Positions 28,135 through 38,936 of a stretch of DNA of 64,000 bases are shown piece after piece. Below the pieces are notes generated by a model. That model searched no databases, was not told where the DNA came from, and was given only the letters and a program-made list of their open reading frames with translations. Numbering within the stretch: position 1 is the stretch's first letter; each line of letters starts with the position of its first letter. The position numbers and the translations under genes are program-made. Location of the stretch: NCBI GenBank assembly GCA_964596525.1, contig CAZQUL010000001.1, positions 524,830 through 588,829 on the forward strand. Direction: 5' to 3'. The DNA comes from an uncultured Gammaproteobacteria bacterium (GTDB lineage Bacteria > Patescibacteriota > Patescibacteriia > Magasanikbacterales > GWA2-37-8).

Positions 28135-28974
28135 ATGCTCGACCTCTATAATCCCGACACGCTCACCAATCTCTGTCACACGTACAATCTCCGACCGTCC
28201 AAAAAGTACGGTCAAAATTATTTGCTGGATGAAGATGTAATTAAACGAGCCGTAGAAACGGCCGATATCAAGCCAACCGATACCGTCGTCGAAGTCGGCC
28301 CGGGATTTGGTGTCCTCACTCAAGCTTTGGCTGCCAAAGCAAAGCGCGTTGTCGCCTTTGAAATCGAACAACTTCTGCGACCTTACTGGGAGAAGAAAAC
28401 AAAAAGCTTGTCGAACGTTGAAATTATCTGGGGGAATGTTTTGCACCAGCACGCGGCTATGAATAGCCTCGCGCCCTACAAAGTTGTTGCTAATATTCCG
28501 TACCAAATCACCGCACCTCTTTTAACCCTCTTTCTTGAAGAGGTTACCGTGCCAGAAAAAATGGTCCTTATGGTGCAAAAAGAAGTAGCTGAGCGGCTTA
28601 CCGCGCCGGTTGGGGAATTATCAATCATCGCGGTAGCGGTGCAGCTCTTGGCTCGTGTCAGGCTTATTTCCGTTGTATCCAAAAGTTCGTTTTGGCCGAG
28701 CCCGGCTGTAGATTCCGCACTTATCGAACTTGTTCCGCGCCCCTACCCGCACTCGGTACCACTCCCGCAGGTTATGCGCACGGTCAAAGCAGGTTTTGCT
28801 GCGCGTCGTAAAGTGTTGCGCCATAATCTCTTGCAACTCTATAAAGATGCCGATGTTGGGCGTATCGAAGACTTTCTTATTACGCGCGGTCTAACACCGC
28901 TCGCACGCGCCCAGGAACTCGCTCCACCTGATTGGGTTGAACTCACTTCCATCTTGACAGATCCGTCTAAGTAG
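28135..28974 (+). CDS. rsmA: 16S rRNA (adenine1518-N6/adenine1519-N6)-dimethyltransferase
   Basis: KKYGQNYLLDEDVIKRAV is the KsgA signature. VVEVGPGFGVLTQAL is SAM-binding motif I. IPYQITAP is the substrate-binding NIPY motif. Confidence 0.9.
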   Translation: MLDLYNPDTLTNLCHTYNLRPSKKYGQNYLLDEDVIKRAVETADIKPTDTVVEVGPGFGVLTQALAAKAKRVVAFEIEQLLRPYWEKKTKSLSNVEIIWGNVLHQHAAMNSLAPYKVVANIPYQITAPLLTLFLEEVTVPEKMVLMVQKEVAERLTAPVGELSIIAVAVQLLARVRLISVVSKSSFWPSPAVDSALIELVPRPYPHSVPLPQVMRTVKAGFAARRKVLRHNLLQLYKDADVGRIEDFLITRGLTPLARAQELAPPDWVELTSILTDPSK

Positions 28975-29076
28975 CCTAGTCTAAAAAGCTTTCACAGATT
29001 CGGTTCGTACACAGCAGGCAGCGTCATGACGATTCAGGTGCGATGTGCTATACTACGGGTACCTTTATGAGAATCT

Positions 29077-29736
29077 ATGATTGACGATAATGGGTACGTT
29101 CTCACCGATCCGCCGCGCTGGGGAGGCGAGCGGAAAACCTTCGCTATCATCGTAGGAATTTTTGCGGTTTTGGGTATTTTGGTATGGGTGGTGCAATTGC
29201 GTAACACCATTACCGCTCCCTACGCGCTTAAAAGCGTCCCTCCCGCTTTCCTTAAAGAAGAACTGGTCGACAACAACATCGAATTTTTAAAAAATATCGA
29301 CACGACGGGCAACGGCCTCTCTGATTACGAAAAAGTGTATGTCTATGGAACGAGTCGGTATCTATACGATACGTACGGCTATGGCATCAGCGACCGCGAA
29401 GTAGTTGCCAAAGGGTTGCCGCTCTGCCCCGGAGCCGGCAAAAACTGCGGTGGTATCTTTTCCGCTGACGGCAGTTACACCGGTACGGTTGCCACTACCA
29501 CCCTCTATACTGAAGAAGATGCTGGCATGACGCAGAATCCGATCCTTAATTTCACCTCTCCCGACGCCTTGGAAGCGATTTTCTCCGACCCGACCCAGCT
29601 GCGCCAGCTCTTGGTGCAGTCTGGCCAGGTTACCGAGGCGGAGTTGAGGAGGATTTCGGATGCTGATTTAGTAAAAACCGCGCGCGATCTTTTGGCTACC
29701 TCCACCCCCGGAGCGGTAGTGCCAGGAGCTCGCTAA
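29077..29736 (+). CDS. Hypothetical membrane protein (single TM)
   Basis: TM FAIIVGIFAVLGILVWVVQL. 219-aa product immediately upstream of the giant gene (4-nt gap). Confidence 0.45.
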   Translation: MIDDNGYVLTDPPRWGGERKTFAIIVGIFAVLGILVWVVQLRNTITAPYALKSVPPAFLKEELVDNNIEFLKNIDTTGNGLSDYEKVYVYGTSRYLYDTYGYGISDREVVAKGLPLCPGAGKNCGGIFSADGSYTGTVATTTLYTEEDAGMTQNPILNFTSPDALEAIFSDPTQLRQLLVQSGQVTEAELRRISDADLVKTARDLLATSTPGAVVPGAR

Positions 29737-29739
29737 CGC

Positions 29740-32700
29740 TTGTCTCTCTTTAGAGTTTTGACTATGCCCACCCCCCATGTGCGCACCATAAAGGCGGCGA
29801 TACTCGTCGCGATTTTCGGTTTTTCCACCTTGTTCGGTACGTTGGCCCTCACGTCGGCGGCGAACGCACAGCTTGCGGTCGGCGTTTTGGCCGATGCGCC
29901 TCGAACCGTCGATACGGTTCTCTCGAAAGTCTTGCAAGGTCTTAAGGTGGGGGTACTCAATGTCGTGAGTGGCGCGGTCAGCTATGCGCTCCAAAAAATC
30001 GCCTACGACTCCGCTGTCTGGATCGCTTCGGGTGGCAAGGGCCAGGCGCCTTTGGTCTATACTAAAGGTTTTAGCGGCTATTTATCCGATGTGGCAAACG
30101 ATGCCGTTGGGCACGGTATCGACCAGCTTACAGCCGCGACGGGTTATAACTTATGTAAAATTTCCGATCCCAACATCGATCTCAAGTTTCGGCAGGCATT
30201 GCGTTTGGGTATCGGTATCACAGCGCCTCGGGCTCCGGGTAAACCGAGCTGTACTCTTACTGAATTCGCCCAGAACAACTTGAGCGGCGATGCGTGGCGC
30301 AGCCGTTACGATCGTGTTTCCAAATCCATCCAAAACCAATTCAACGAAGCGCTTACTTTTGATGTGAGCCAGAGCGACTTGGGTATTCAGCTCACGGCTC
30401 TTGATGCGCTCAGTGCTGCCATGGCCAGTGCTAAGGAAAATGCCACTAAAGATCGTCAGGAAGGGGATGGCATCAAGTCGCTCGACACGCCTATTTCTGG
30501 TGACAAGAAAGTCCCGGCCAAGTCGATCGGCGCCGAACTCGAAGGTCTTACTAGCAAAGAACGCACTCAGCAGAGTGTTGCTCAGATCAACACCGCTATC
30601 GGTACTGGTGAATTCCAGCTCCTCCCGGGCGCTCTCTCTACTTTCTTCCTCAATACTCTCGCGGGCACGATGCTCAAAAACTTCCGCGAAAAAGGTATTT
30701 TGCCCTTTGGCGCCTGTGTTGGTGGTTTGGGAGGTGAAGTATGTCAGTCTGGCAGCGGTACGGCAACGAGTTTTGAGGCACTTACCCAGGTAGGCGGTCG
30801 CCGTGCGGCCGAGGCACTCTTTAGCGATTTCATTACCGCTCGTCCCGCCGCGGTCGATCAGTTTAATATTTTAGGCGAATTAAGCAACTGTCCGGATACT
30901 CCTGGCACCTATAACTGTCGTTTGGATACCGGTTTCGCCCAGGCGCTGCAAGAAGCTTCCAACGGCACCCCGCTCACCATCCAGGATGCCATTACCCGTG
31001 GCTTTTTGCGGGGCGATTGGAAACTTTTGCCGCCATCGCGTATTGCCGAAAACGCCAATAAAACCTGTGCTCAAAACGCTTTCTGCAACAGCAACGTTAA
31101 AGCACTCCGCCAATTACGGGTCGTGCCGCTTGGTTTTGAGGTGGCAACTGAACTTAGCGACCCAGACAAACCCTGGACGCTTAACGAAGTCGTTGCTGGC
31201 TTTAATGACTGTAACTACAATCGTGACGCTTCCGGGAACGTCGTCGGTGTAACGTACGATCCAGTCAACAAACCGTTCTGCCATCTCATCGATCCTACCT
31301 GGGTGCTTAAGGCGCCTATTACCCGCTGTAATGCTTTGGGGTACGGTTCTACCCTTCTTAACCCTGATGTTCCGGACCGCAAAGAAGAATGTGCAGACCT
31401 CGCTACCTGCGTGGCGTATAACAAAGATGGCGCCTGCGTGAACTACGGCTACTGCACCCGTGAGCGCAACACTTGGAAATTTGACGCCGACAAATGTGAT
31501 GCGCAGTTCCGCACCTGTCAGACCTTTACCGATTCCGCTGGTGCCCAGAAATCCTACGTTTACCGCAGTCTTAATACGGCATTTTGTGCTCAGAATACCG
31601 TTGGTTGCCGGGCCTACTCTCTTACCCAGGATGCCAATGGAAACTGGCTTAACCCGAATGGCCCCACGTCATACGGCACGCAAACCGGTATCTTCTTTAA
31701 TGGCACTGTTTCCAATTCCTGCAGTGCGGGATCGGCTGGTTGTTCCGCTTTCCGCGTAGCCGCTAACGCCGATGTGAGCCTCTATTTGCGCAAAGCTCCG
31801 AGCTATCTCGGCTGTTACGATGCCAATCCGGCCACACCGCAGACCGAATGGCCATCCACCGCCGCCGATTTGACGCGCGTGCGTCCGCAGGCTGCTTGCG
31901 CTCAGTATGCCCAAGCCTGTATTGCCGACGAAGTCGGTTGTACCTACTACTCGCCCGCAACCGGTGATACTTCTAAGAAAATTCCTGCCCGCTTCTCGTC
32001 GCGCGATGTCTGTAACGCCGCCTGTGTGGGTTATGACGCCTATCGTGAAATGCCTTCGAGCTACACGACGGGTCAGGATGTGGCTTACATCGTTCCGTCT
32101 TCCGGTCAGATGTGTCAGCCGGAAGCGCAAGGTTGCACCGGCTTTACCAATCTTGGCACCACGGCTGCCGGTCTCGAAAAAGTCGACTACTTCTCGTATC
32201 TGCGTCCGTGCAGCCTGCCAGATGCTCAAAAACAAAAGAACTTTTCTACCTACGAAAGCACGGTTAGCGGTTTCCAACTCAAGACCTTTACTCTTATCAG
32301 TGATCAAACCGGTGCTCCGGCGTATTTCTACCGCACCATCGATGAACGTGCCCAGTTTGAAGCGACCTGTAATCAGGCTACGTACAAAGCCGGCATTGCC
32401 AGCTTGGATTGCCGCGAGTTCAATGATGAAGCAGGTAATGTCTACTACCGCCTGCTCTCCAAAACCATTCCGGTCTCCGAATCATGTACTCCGTACCGCT
32501 TGAGCGAAACCGCCTTGTACCCCACCGCGTTATCGGAAACCGAGTGTACTGCCCGGAAAGGTTCGTTTGCCAACGGCCAGTGCAATCTCTGTCTCATGGG
32601 CGGTGAATTCCGCAACGGTTCATGTTTCTACTTCGGTTTGCCTGGCGGCGTACCGAGCACTGCTGGTGAAAGCATCACCTGTTCGCAGGCCGATAATTCA

Positions 32701-35700
32701 TGCCGCGCATATAAAGGCAATGCTGGCAACAACATCCGCAACATTTTCGTCGACACCTTCGAGAATCAGGGTACGGCTACCCAGTGGCTCGGCACCGGTA
32801 TCAGCACATCGCCCGAATCCGTCCGCACCGGTGGAAAATCGCTTACTTCGCTTGGCACAGAAATTGTCCGTCCGTTCACTATGACGCCGGGTCAGAGTTA
32901 TGAAATCGAATTCTGGGCCAAAGGCGCTCCGCAGAGCGTAGAAGTGTCCCTGCAGTCCTTCGACGGTTCGGTGGTTCGCTCGTTCGGTTCAGTGAGCGTT
33001 GGCGATACCTGGCGCTCGTTCCGCCTCGGTTCCATCGAAGCTCCGGGTTCGGCTACCAACTCCGCACGTATCGTCTTCAAACTCGCTTCCACTGCAGCCT
33101 TCTTCGTCGACAATATCACGCTGCGTGAAACGACCGAGATGGTATACGTCCTCAAAGATACGCTGCGTGTCGATCCAGTATGTGACAGCAACCAAACCGA
33201 TAACTTGCCCGGTGAAGGTTTGGGGTGCCGCGCTTACCGCGATACCGCGGGCAACACCCTTAACCTTACCGGATTCAGCTATCTCTGCCGCGAAGGCGCT
33301 ATTGGCTGTACGGCGCTTCTCGATACCCAGAATTCATCCCCGCAATCTCCCGGTCCGCACATCTATAACCTCTTTGTCACGGGCCAAGGCGGAACCGAGG
33401 CCACAGTGACGGTGGCAGGTCAGAGCGCGCGTTGCCAGATCCCGGTTGGTGAAAATGGTTGTTACGTTACTATTTCTGGTCCCACTCTCGATGAGGTGCG
33501 CCAAGCTGCCCCAGCTACCATCGTTTCTTCTACGGTGTACGTTCCAGCTACTACCATCGCGGCTCAGCCGGTATATTTGGTGGCGAATCAGGCGGCCACC
33601 TGTAACGCCGTCGATCTTGGTTGTACGTATGCTGGTCTCCAGACCCCGTCTCCTGCTGGTGCTACCTATTCCACGGTGCTTATCAAGAATGACCCGTCCG
33701 CCTATGCTCAGAATCTCTGCCAAGCTCAGGCCGTAGGTTGCCAGGCCTACAACAGCGCTACGGGCCCAACCTACTTCAAAGACCCGGCCCTTACCGGCAA
33801 CAAAGTTTGTTCCTATCGTACGGGTGTCTTAGTTAATGGCATCAAGACCAGCGGTTGGTTCTGGAAAGATGTCGGTGTCTGCAGCAATGACCGCACTAAA
33901 GCCTGTACCCAGAGCACCGATTGTTCGAGTGGTGCCACCTGTACGGATATCGGCAACCGCCCCTGTTACCCGAGTTACCAGGTTGATGGAACGACCTATG
34001 GATTGTGGTCCTTCGGCGATCGCGCTAATTATCAAGATTTCGTCGGTGAATGTCCGGTGCAGCAGAATGGCTGCAGCGAATTCATTGACCGTGCCGACAA
34101 CAATCGTGCCTATTATCTCATCAAAAATGAACGCCTTGGTCCGGGCACCTGTGACGGCAAAGTCAGTCAAAAAGAAGGCTGTGCCCTCTTCGATGATACT
34201 TCTAACCCCAACAAATTCTACGTGTCCCGCGATACATATGCACAGAGTAATAGCCAGCAGTCGCGGTTAGTAGAGCCGGTACTCAGTTCCAACTCCCTCC
34301 CCGGCGACACCAACGTCATCTTTAAGGTAACCCGTGATCGCGAATGCGGCGAATGGCTCCAGTGCCGCTCTTCGCACCGTGTTTGGGATGAAAAGAACGC
34401 TCGCTGGAAGACGGTTTGTGATGCTGTTGGACGGTGTAACCGCGCCCCCGAAACCCCCGAAGAAGACAATATTTCCAACTGCGCGAGCTGGGTAGAAGAA
34501 GATCTGGCCGCCCCGGCTGCCCCGCTCACGCCGTCGCAGTACGTCGCTCGTGATACGAGCTGGACTGGTCAGGAATTCTCTGGTTACTCCCTCCTTAACC
34601 AGTATCCGGTCGAGTATCTTTCCCAGGTTAATATTTCGCGTTCCGAATCCGCACCGGACTGGCGTTTGGTCCGTCAGATTCCTTGTGGCGATACCAACTG
34701 TGCGGCCGGCGTTTCGCCGAATGATACGCTCTGCGCCTCTTCGGGTACGGCCTGTGGTTTGCGCGGCGTCGGTATCTGTCTCAATGGTTTCTGCGTACAG
34801 AATTTGGACGGCACGGCTAAGGACATAGCCAAAAACGCGCCTACCCAGATCTGCCGCGCCTACCCAGAAAAAGATTCACCGTTCCCGCGTACGCCGTTCA
34901 TCGATCGGGCTCGCCGTCAGTTTGCGGCGGCAACGCTGTGTGATGAAATTGGTTCGCCATCAAGCGATCCTAAGAAAGTCCAAGCCTGCGAATGTGATTA
35001 CACCAAGATCAAATACGGCGACATCTATACCAAGTACTTCAGTTACGCTAAGCCGCATACTACCGAAGAAGTTATCAAAGGCTCGCCAGGCGTTGAACCG
35101 CAAGGCATCTGTTTGGGTGGTACTCAAGATGGCAAAGCCTGCCGCACCGACAATGAGTGTTTCAAGACCAAAGCCAACTCGAGCGAGCCGGCTACGGATC
35201 CGTACGGCAATGTAATTACGGATGGCACCTGCCAGAAATCAAAGTTTACTTACAAGCTCCTTGGCTGGCGCGGTTTCTGCTTGGAACCAGATCTCTCGCG
35301 TACTATCAACGGCGATCCGAATTCGCATCCGTGTCTTACGTGGTACCCGGTTGATTACCTCACCGGCACCCAAGACATTAATAATCAGTACGTCGAAGCC
35401 GGCTACCAGCCGCCCGGTAAAACCGGTGGTTTAGGCGGTATCTTCTACTGCGCGGTTGGTAATGCGGGTGGCGGCGCCGAATACGCGGCTTCGTTCCAGT
35501 ACCCCCAGAGCCATAAATTAGTGGTCCGTCCGCGTGACACTAATCCACTTGTCAGCGACACCGCTGATCGTTCCCAAGGAGGTAACGATCAATTCGTGCG
35601 TAACCGTAGATCGGCCACTCCCGAAGAAGCTGCTTTTAGCCGCCAAGATATTGAACGTATCGACTTCGAGCTTGTTAGTGGTGATAAAGAAGATCCGCGT

Positions 35701-37788
35701 GGTGGGGCCAAATTTAGCATCTGGCCGAATGATGATAAGACCCCGGCCGGTCAGCCGCAGTCATTTTACAAGACGAAAAATGAAAAACGCGGTCCTGGTG
35801 TTGCGGTTACCGGTAGATATCTTGGTAAAGAAAGAGAATGGGTCATGATGTACGGCAGTGCGGTAACCGATAACGCTCAGGATGGAACCTATGTCGATAA
35901 ATTAGGTAATGTCTGCTATCCTCATGCTGACTATGGTGACGTGGTAGGAAGCTGGAATTCAAATAGCGGTCAATGCCAAGATCTTAATGGCAATATCTTC
36001 CAAGGCCTTAATTCTCGTAAAGGTGGACTCGAAGTCGAAGATCGATTTACCTGTTCTAGTAACTGCCGATTGAAAGATGGCCAAGGTTTCAGCGCTCAAG
36101 ATGGGTCTGCCTTAACGATGAGTTCTGAAGGTATCTGGGATTATAATTTCACTGCCGATCAGATCTGCCGTTCGTACGGCCCTCGTTATAGTAGTACTGA
36201 TTGGCAAGGTAACTGGCATGCACTACGTGTTCGCTTCAATGCCCAAGACAAGTTTGCCGGTTACGATATGGCCTACTGCGACCAATCGCCGGATGGAGGT
36301 TCTGTAAAATACGAAGTCACCTTCATCCTTAAGCAGTGGTGTTCGGTCATTGCGGACGTCGGCTCTACCCCAACTCTCCCTGAAACCGATCCGGCTGCCT
36401 GGACCAACCGTTTGTGGGCCAACAATCCGCGCGGTTACTCGGTGGCGGTTGCTGCAAGTGTTGGTATGGTTGCGGGTGTTGATGCTGCTACTGTGACCAT
36501 GGTTAACCTGGGTTATACCTATGGCACCGATGTTAAACCTTTTGGCAGCTTGGGCATGAATAACTTCGGTAATGTCAAAAATACAGTCAACCTTTCGGCA
36601 TTCAATCCAATCATGACGAGCTGTAGCAATAGCGGTATCGAAAGCTGTGAACGCTCCAAAGGTCTTGTGCCGGATGGTGGCAAAACACCTGAATTCCAAG
36701 AAAGCGTAGCCGGTGCTCCATATTCCTGTCCGGATGGCACGTGTATCAGGAGCCTTGATGATGCCAATAAAACCGAAGAGCGCAGCAACGCTTCGCTCCT
36801 CACGCGCGAAATGGGCGCCCAACTGTTCTCCATGCTCTTCGCCCGTCCGCGCGCGATCTACCAGTTCGGTAATGGTTCGTACTTGCGCGTCGAAAACGCC
36901 CCGTCCAATATCTTCACCCGCGATTACACCGAAAACATTAACGTTAGTGCAACAGGTGTTCCCAAACCGCCGATAGTGCTCCCGGTTGGCGCCTGTGATA
37001 GCAGCGGTCATTGTGTGGAAGGCTTGGGTGGAACTGGTATCAGCGTGAATGATCGCGACGGGGGAGATGTGCGCATCTTCACCCCGACGGCCCGCGTGTT
37101 CGTCCGCTTCTTCGCCTTCGCGGATGCGAACCAAATGCCGCTACGCCAGCTCTCGGTAAACTGGGGCGATGGACGCGTCTATCCGCTTAAAGGTCTCTTC
37201 CGCAACTTCCGCGGTTACCGCCCGGCTACGTGTAATACCCAGCTTCGCCAATGCGAAATGGAAGTGATGGATGATCTCAGTTCATGCAGTACGGATGGGG
37301 AATGCGGCGGTCGCGGTCGCTGCGTCGTGCAGGCTCCTGGTTCTTCGGTCGGTAAATGCGTGGTTAAACGCACTGCAGGCGCTTGCGCCTCGGATGAAGA
37401 ATGTGACCAGACGTCCATGTGTACCGATGTCGCGAATAGTCCGCAGACGTTCGGTACCATCGCTGGCCAGACCTGTGACAGCAACTACGCACAGTTCGAA
37501 CATGTCTATCAGTGTACGCGCACTCCTGTTAGCCAAGGTGGCAACTTTGAACCGGATCCGGCCAAATGCGGCGATCCGCGCTCCTTCCCGACCGGCTGCT
37601 GTATCTTCGTGCCGAAAGTTCAGGTGAAAGATAACTGGGGCTGGTGCAATGGCCGCTGCGCGGGAGGCGTCGGTGGTGACGGATGTTACACTAAGGTTGG
37701 CGGTTTAGATGAATGTACTTCGAACCCGTCTGCCTGGACATCGTATGGAGGGCGCATCATCGTCGCTCCTCCCACGGTGCGCCGTTAA
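29740..37788 (+). CDS. Giant (2,682 aa) cysteine-rich secreted/cell-surface protein
   Basis: Single uninterrupted 8,049-nt ORF. The N-terminal hydrophobic segment is IKAAILVAIFGFSTLFGTLALTSAANAQ. Cys residues are very numerous and often paired (C-x2-4-C) along the whole length, with Gly/Thr/Asn-rich segments. A strong terminator follows. GC is about 50-55%. Confidence 0.8.
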   Translation: MSLFRVLTMPTPHVRTIKAAILVAIFGFSTLFGTLALTSAANAQLAVGVLADAPRTVDTVLSKVLQGLKVGVLNVVSGAVSYALQKIAYDSAVWIASGGKGQAPLVYTKGFSGYLSDVANDAVGHGIDQLTAATGYNLCKISDPNIDLKFRQALRLGIGITAPRAPGKPSCTLTEFAQNNLSGDAWRSRYDRVSKSIQNQFNEALTFDVSQSDLGIQLTALDALSAAMASAKENATKDRQEGDGIKSLDTPISGDKKVPAKSIGAELEGLTSKERTQQSVAQINTAIGTGEFQLLPGALSTFFLNTLAGTMLKNFREKGILPFGACVGGLGGEVCQSGSGTATSFEALTQVGGRRAAEALFSDFITARPAAVDQFNILGELSNCPDTPGTYNCRLDTGFAQALQEASNGTPLTIQDAITRGFLRGDWKLLPPSRIAENANKTCAQNAFCNSNVKALRQLRVVPLGFEVATELSDPDKPWTLNEVVAGFNDCNYNRDASGNVVGVTYDPVNKPFCHLIDPTWVLKAPITRCNALGYGSTLLNPDVPDRKEECADLATCVAYNKDGACVNYGYCTRERNTWKFDADKCDAQFRTCQTFTDSAGAQKSYVYRSLNTAFCAQNTVGCRAYSLTQDANGNWLNPNGPTSYGTQTGIFFNGTVSNSCSAGSAGCSAFRVAANADVSLYLRKAPSYLGCYDANPATPQTEWPSTAADLTRVRPQAACAQYAQACIADEVGCTYYSPATGDTSKKIPARFSSRDVCNAACVGYDAYREMPSSYTTGQDVAYIVPSSGQMCQPEAQGCTGFTNLGTTAAGLEKVDYFSYLRPCSLPDAQKQKNFSTYESTVSGFQLKTFTLISDQTGAPAYFYRTIDERAQFEATCNQATYKAGIASLDCREFNDEAGNVYYRLLSKTIPVSESCTPYRLSETALYPTALSETECTARKGSFANGQCNLCLMGGEFRNGSCFYFGLPGGVPSTAGESITCSQADNSCRAYKGNAGNNIRNIFVDTFENQGTATQWLGTGISTSPESVRTGGKSLTSLGTEIVRPFTMTPGQSYEIEFWAKGAPQSVEVSLQSFDGSVVRSFGSVSVGDTWRSFRLGSIEAPGSATNSARIVFKLASTAAFFVDNITLRETTEMVYVLKDTLRVDPVCDSNQTDNLPGEGLGCRAYRDTAGNTLNLTGFSYLCREGAIGCTALLDTQNSSPQSPGPHIYNLFVTGQGGTEATVTVAGQSARCQIPVGENGCYVTISGPTLDEVRQAAPATIVSSTVYVPATTIAAQPVYLVANQAATCNAVDLGCTYAGLQTPSPAGATYSTVLIKNDPSAYAQNLCQAQAVGCQAYNSATGPTYFKDPALTGNKVCSYRTGVLVNGIKTSGWFWKDVGVCSNDRTKACTQSTDCSSGATCTDIGNRPCYPSYQVDGTTYGLWSFGDRANYQDFVGECPVQQNGCSEFIDRADNNRAYYLIKNERLGPGTCDGKVSQKEGCALFDDTSNPNKFYVSRDTYAQSNSQQSRLVEPVLSSNSLPGDTNVIFKVTRDRECGEWLQCRSSHRVWDEKNARWKTVCDAVGRCNRAPETPEEDNISNCASWVEEDLAAPAAPLTPSQYVARDTSWTGQEFSGYSLLNQYPVEYLSQVNISRSESAPDWRLVRQIPCGDTNCAAGVSPNDTLCASSGTACGLRGVGICLNGFCVQNLDGTAKDIAKNAPTQICRAYPEKDSPFPRTPFIDRARRQFAAATLCDEIGSPSSDPKKVQACECDYTKIKYGDIYTKYFSYAKPHTTEEVIKGSPGVEPQGICLGGTQDGKACRTDNECFKTKANSSEPATDPYGNVITDGTCQKSKFTYKLLGWRGFCLEPDLSRTINGDPNSHPCLTWYPVDYLTGTQDINNQYVEAGYQPPGKTGGLGGIFYCAVGNAGGGAEYAASFQYPQSHKLVVRPRDTNPLVSDTADRSQGGNDQFVRNRRSATPEEAAFSRQDIERIDFELVSGDKEDPRGGAKFSIWPNDDKTPAGQPQSFYKTKNEKRGPGVAVTGRYLGKEREWVMMYGSAVTDNAQDGTYVDKLGNVCYPHADYGDVVGSWNSNSGQCQDLNGNIFQGLNSRKGGLEVEDRFTCSSNCRLKDGQGFSAQDGSALTMSSEGIWDYNFTADQICRSYGPRYSSTDWQGNWHALRVRFNAQDKFAGYDMAYCDQSPDGGSVKYEVTFILKQWCSVIADVGSTPTLPETDPAAWTNRLWANNPRGYSVAVAASVGMVAGVDAATVTMVNLGYTYGTDVKPFGSLGMNNFGNVKNTVNLSAFNPIMTSCSNSGIESCERSKGLVPDGGKTPEFQESVAGAPYSCPDGTCIRSLDDANKTEERSNASLLTREMGAQLFSMLFARPRAIYQFGNGSYLRVENAPSNIFTRDYTENINVSATGVPKPPIVLPVGACDSSGHCVEGLGGTGISVNDRDGGDVRIFTPTARVFVRFFAFADANQMPLRQLSVNWGDGRVYPLKGLFRNFRGYRPATCNTQLRQCEMEVMDDLSSCSTDGECGGRGRCVVQAPGSSVGKCVVKRTAGACASDEECDQTSMCTDVANSPQTFGTIAGQTCDSNYAQFEHVYQCTRTPVSQGGNFEPDPAKCGDPRSFPTGCCIFVPKVQVKDNWGWCNGRCAGGVGGDGCYTKVGGLDECTSNPSAWTSYGGRIIVAPPTVRR

Positions 37789-37802
37789 TCAGCAAAAAAC
37801 TA

Positions 37803-37838
37803 AAAACCACTCCAATAATCGGAGTGGTTTTTAGTTGG
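37803..37838. terminator. Intrinsic terminator after the giant gene (bidirectional with the convergent lipoprotein gene)
   Basis: aaaaaccactcc aataatc ggagtggttttt. Confidence 0.65.
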
Positions 37839-37937
37839 CTTAGTCGGTGTGGTTGTCAGTAAAAATTTTTTTAAAACGTAAAACCGCCGTCACAGGGTGA
37901 GCCATGACGGCGGATTTGTTAGGGGGCATGCCGTTGC

Positions 37938-38479
37938 TTACGGAACGATCGAGCATGTCCAGTCCGTGTAGTACTGGGGGTCCGGCCCAGGGCAGGTGAA
38001 CGACTTGATCCGCTTGAGCGGCAGAATCGGGCACTTGCCGAAAATGAACGCCCGCGATACGGTCGGGTCGTTCTTGGGCCGGCTGAAGTACTGCATCACA
38101 CACGGGTCAGCCGGATCACTCCGGAACTCGCCGTCGCTGAACGAAACGGTCGTGCCGGTGAGCTCCTTGTAGGAGCAGGTGTAGACCAGCTTCGAATCAA
38201 CCTGGCTCGCATCGCACTTCGGCGGTGGCGGAACCGCCTGGCACGAAGCCAGATCGGACTCGCACTGGAGAACCTTCTCCTGCATCTCGTCGAGCATCTT
38301 CTGCACGACGCTGCCACCGGACGGCTTCCCCGAGTTCGTGGACTGACCCGAGCAGATCGCCGAAACTTCAGCGAACTTGGCCTCGTACCAGCCAGAGTGG
38401 GGCGGGGGAGACCCGCAACCGGCCACAAGAGCAATCGCTCCCAGGCCAACCTTGAACAAGGCGTTGGACAGGCGCTTCA
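37938..38479 (-). CDS. Cys-rich lipoprotein, high GC
   Basis: AAAGGAGG RBS. MKRLSNALFKVGLGAIALVAGCGSPP gives a lipobox. About 8 Cys in the mature 160 aa. GC is about 65%. The track ORF extends to 38744, but the RBS and signal peptide support the shorter gene. Confidence 0.55.
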
Positions 38480-38868
38480 TGGTGCGCCTCCTTTCTTGTC
38501 GAGCCTGCGCTCGGCTAAGACTATACTCCAAGGCTAGACGATACCCTCGTCCTGGGGGCGGGTTATCACGTATTCTTCCCGCGCTTAGGAAACAACACTC
38601 GACACTTCGAGGGTTGGCGCCCAGCACCGGATTACAATTAAACAAAAACAATCTAGGGTTGCCAGATTGTCCGTTGGTTGTAACGAGCAGCCGTTGCAGC
38701 GCTTCGTTTACCAGTTCAGTTGTTAAGGCACTCTTCCATACCACGTTAGAAAGTGCAAGAAAATCTGTGTATAAGTTATTTTATAGTGTTCTTGTGAGGA
38801 TGTGCTTCTGCAGGGATAAAGCACTTAATGGGTAATTTAAGAAAGGATGTAACCATGGTTGTTTATTA

Positions 38869-38897
38869 TTGACAAATTCTCTGTTTTGTGATATAGT
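38869..38897 (+). promoter_or_regulatory. Sigma70 consensus-like promoter for the T4SS-like operon
   Basis: TTGACAaattctctgttttgtgaTATAGT with a 17-nt spacer, about 40 nt upstream of the first gene. Confidence 0.5.
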
Positions 38898-38936
38898 TTA
38901 TTGTTAACTAAACGCTCATTTTAGAGGAGAAAACAC

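Noticed and set aside
36223-37134. 303-aa minus-strand ORF inside the giant gene (and 31669..32307, 33829..34170 and similar)
   Set aside because: Antisense to the uninterrupted 8-kb giant ORF. No start signals.
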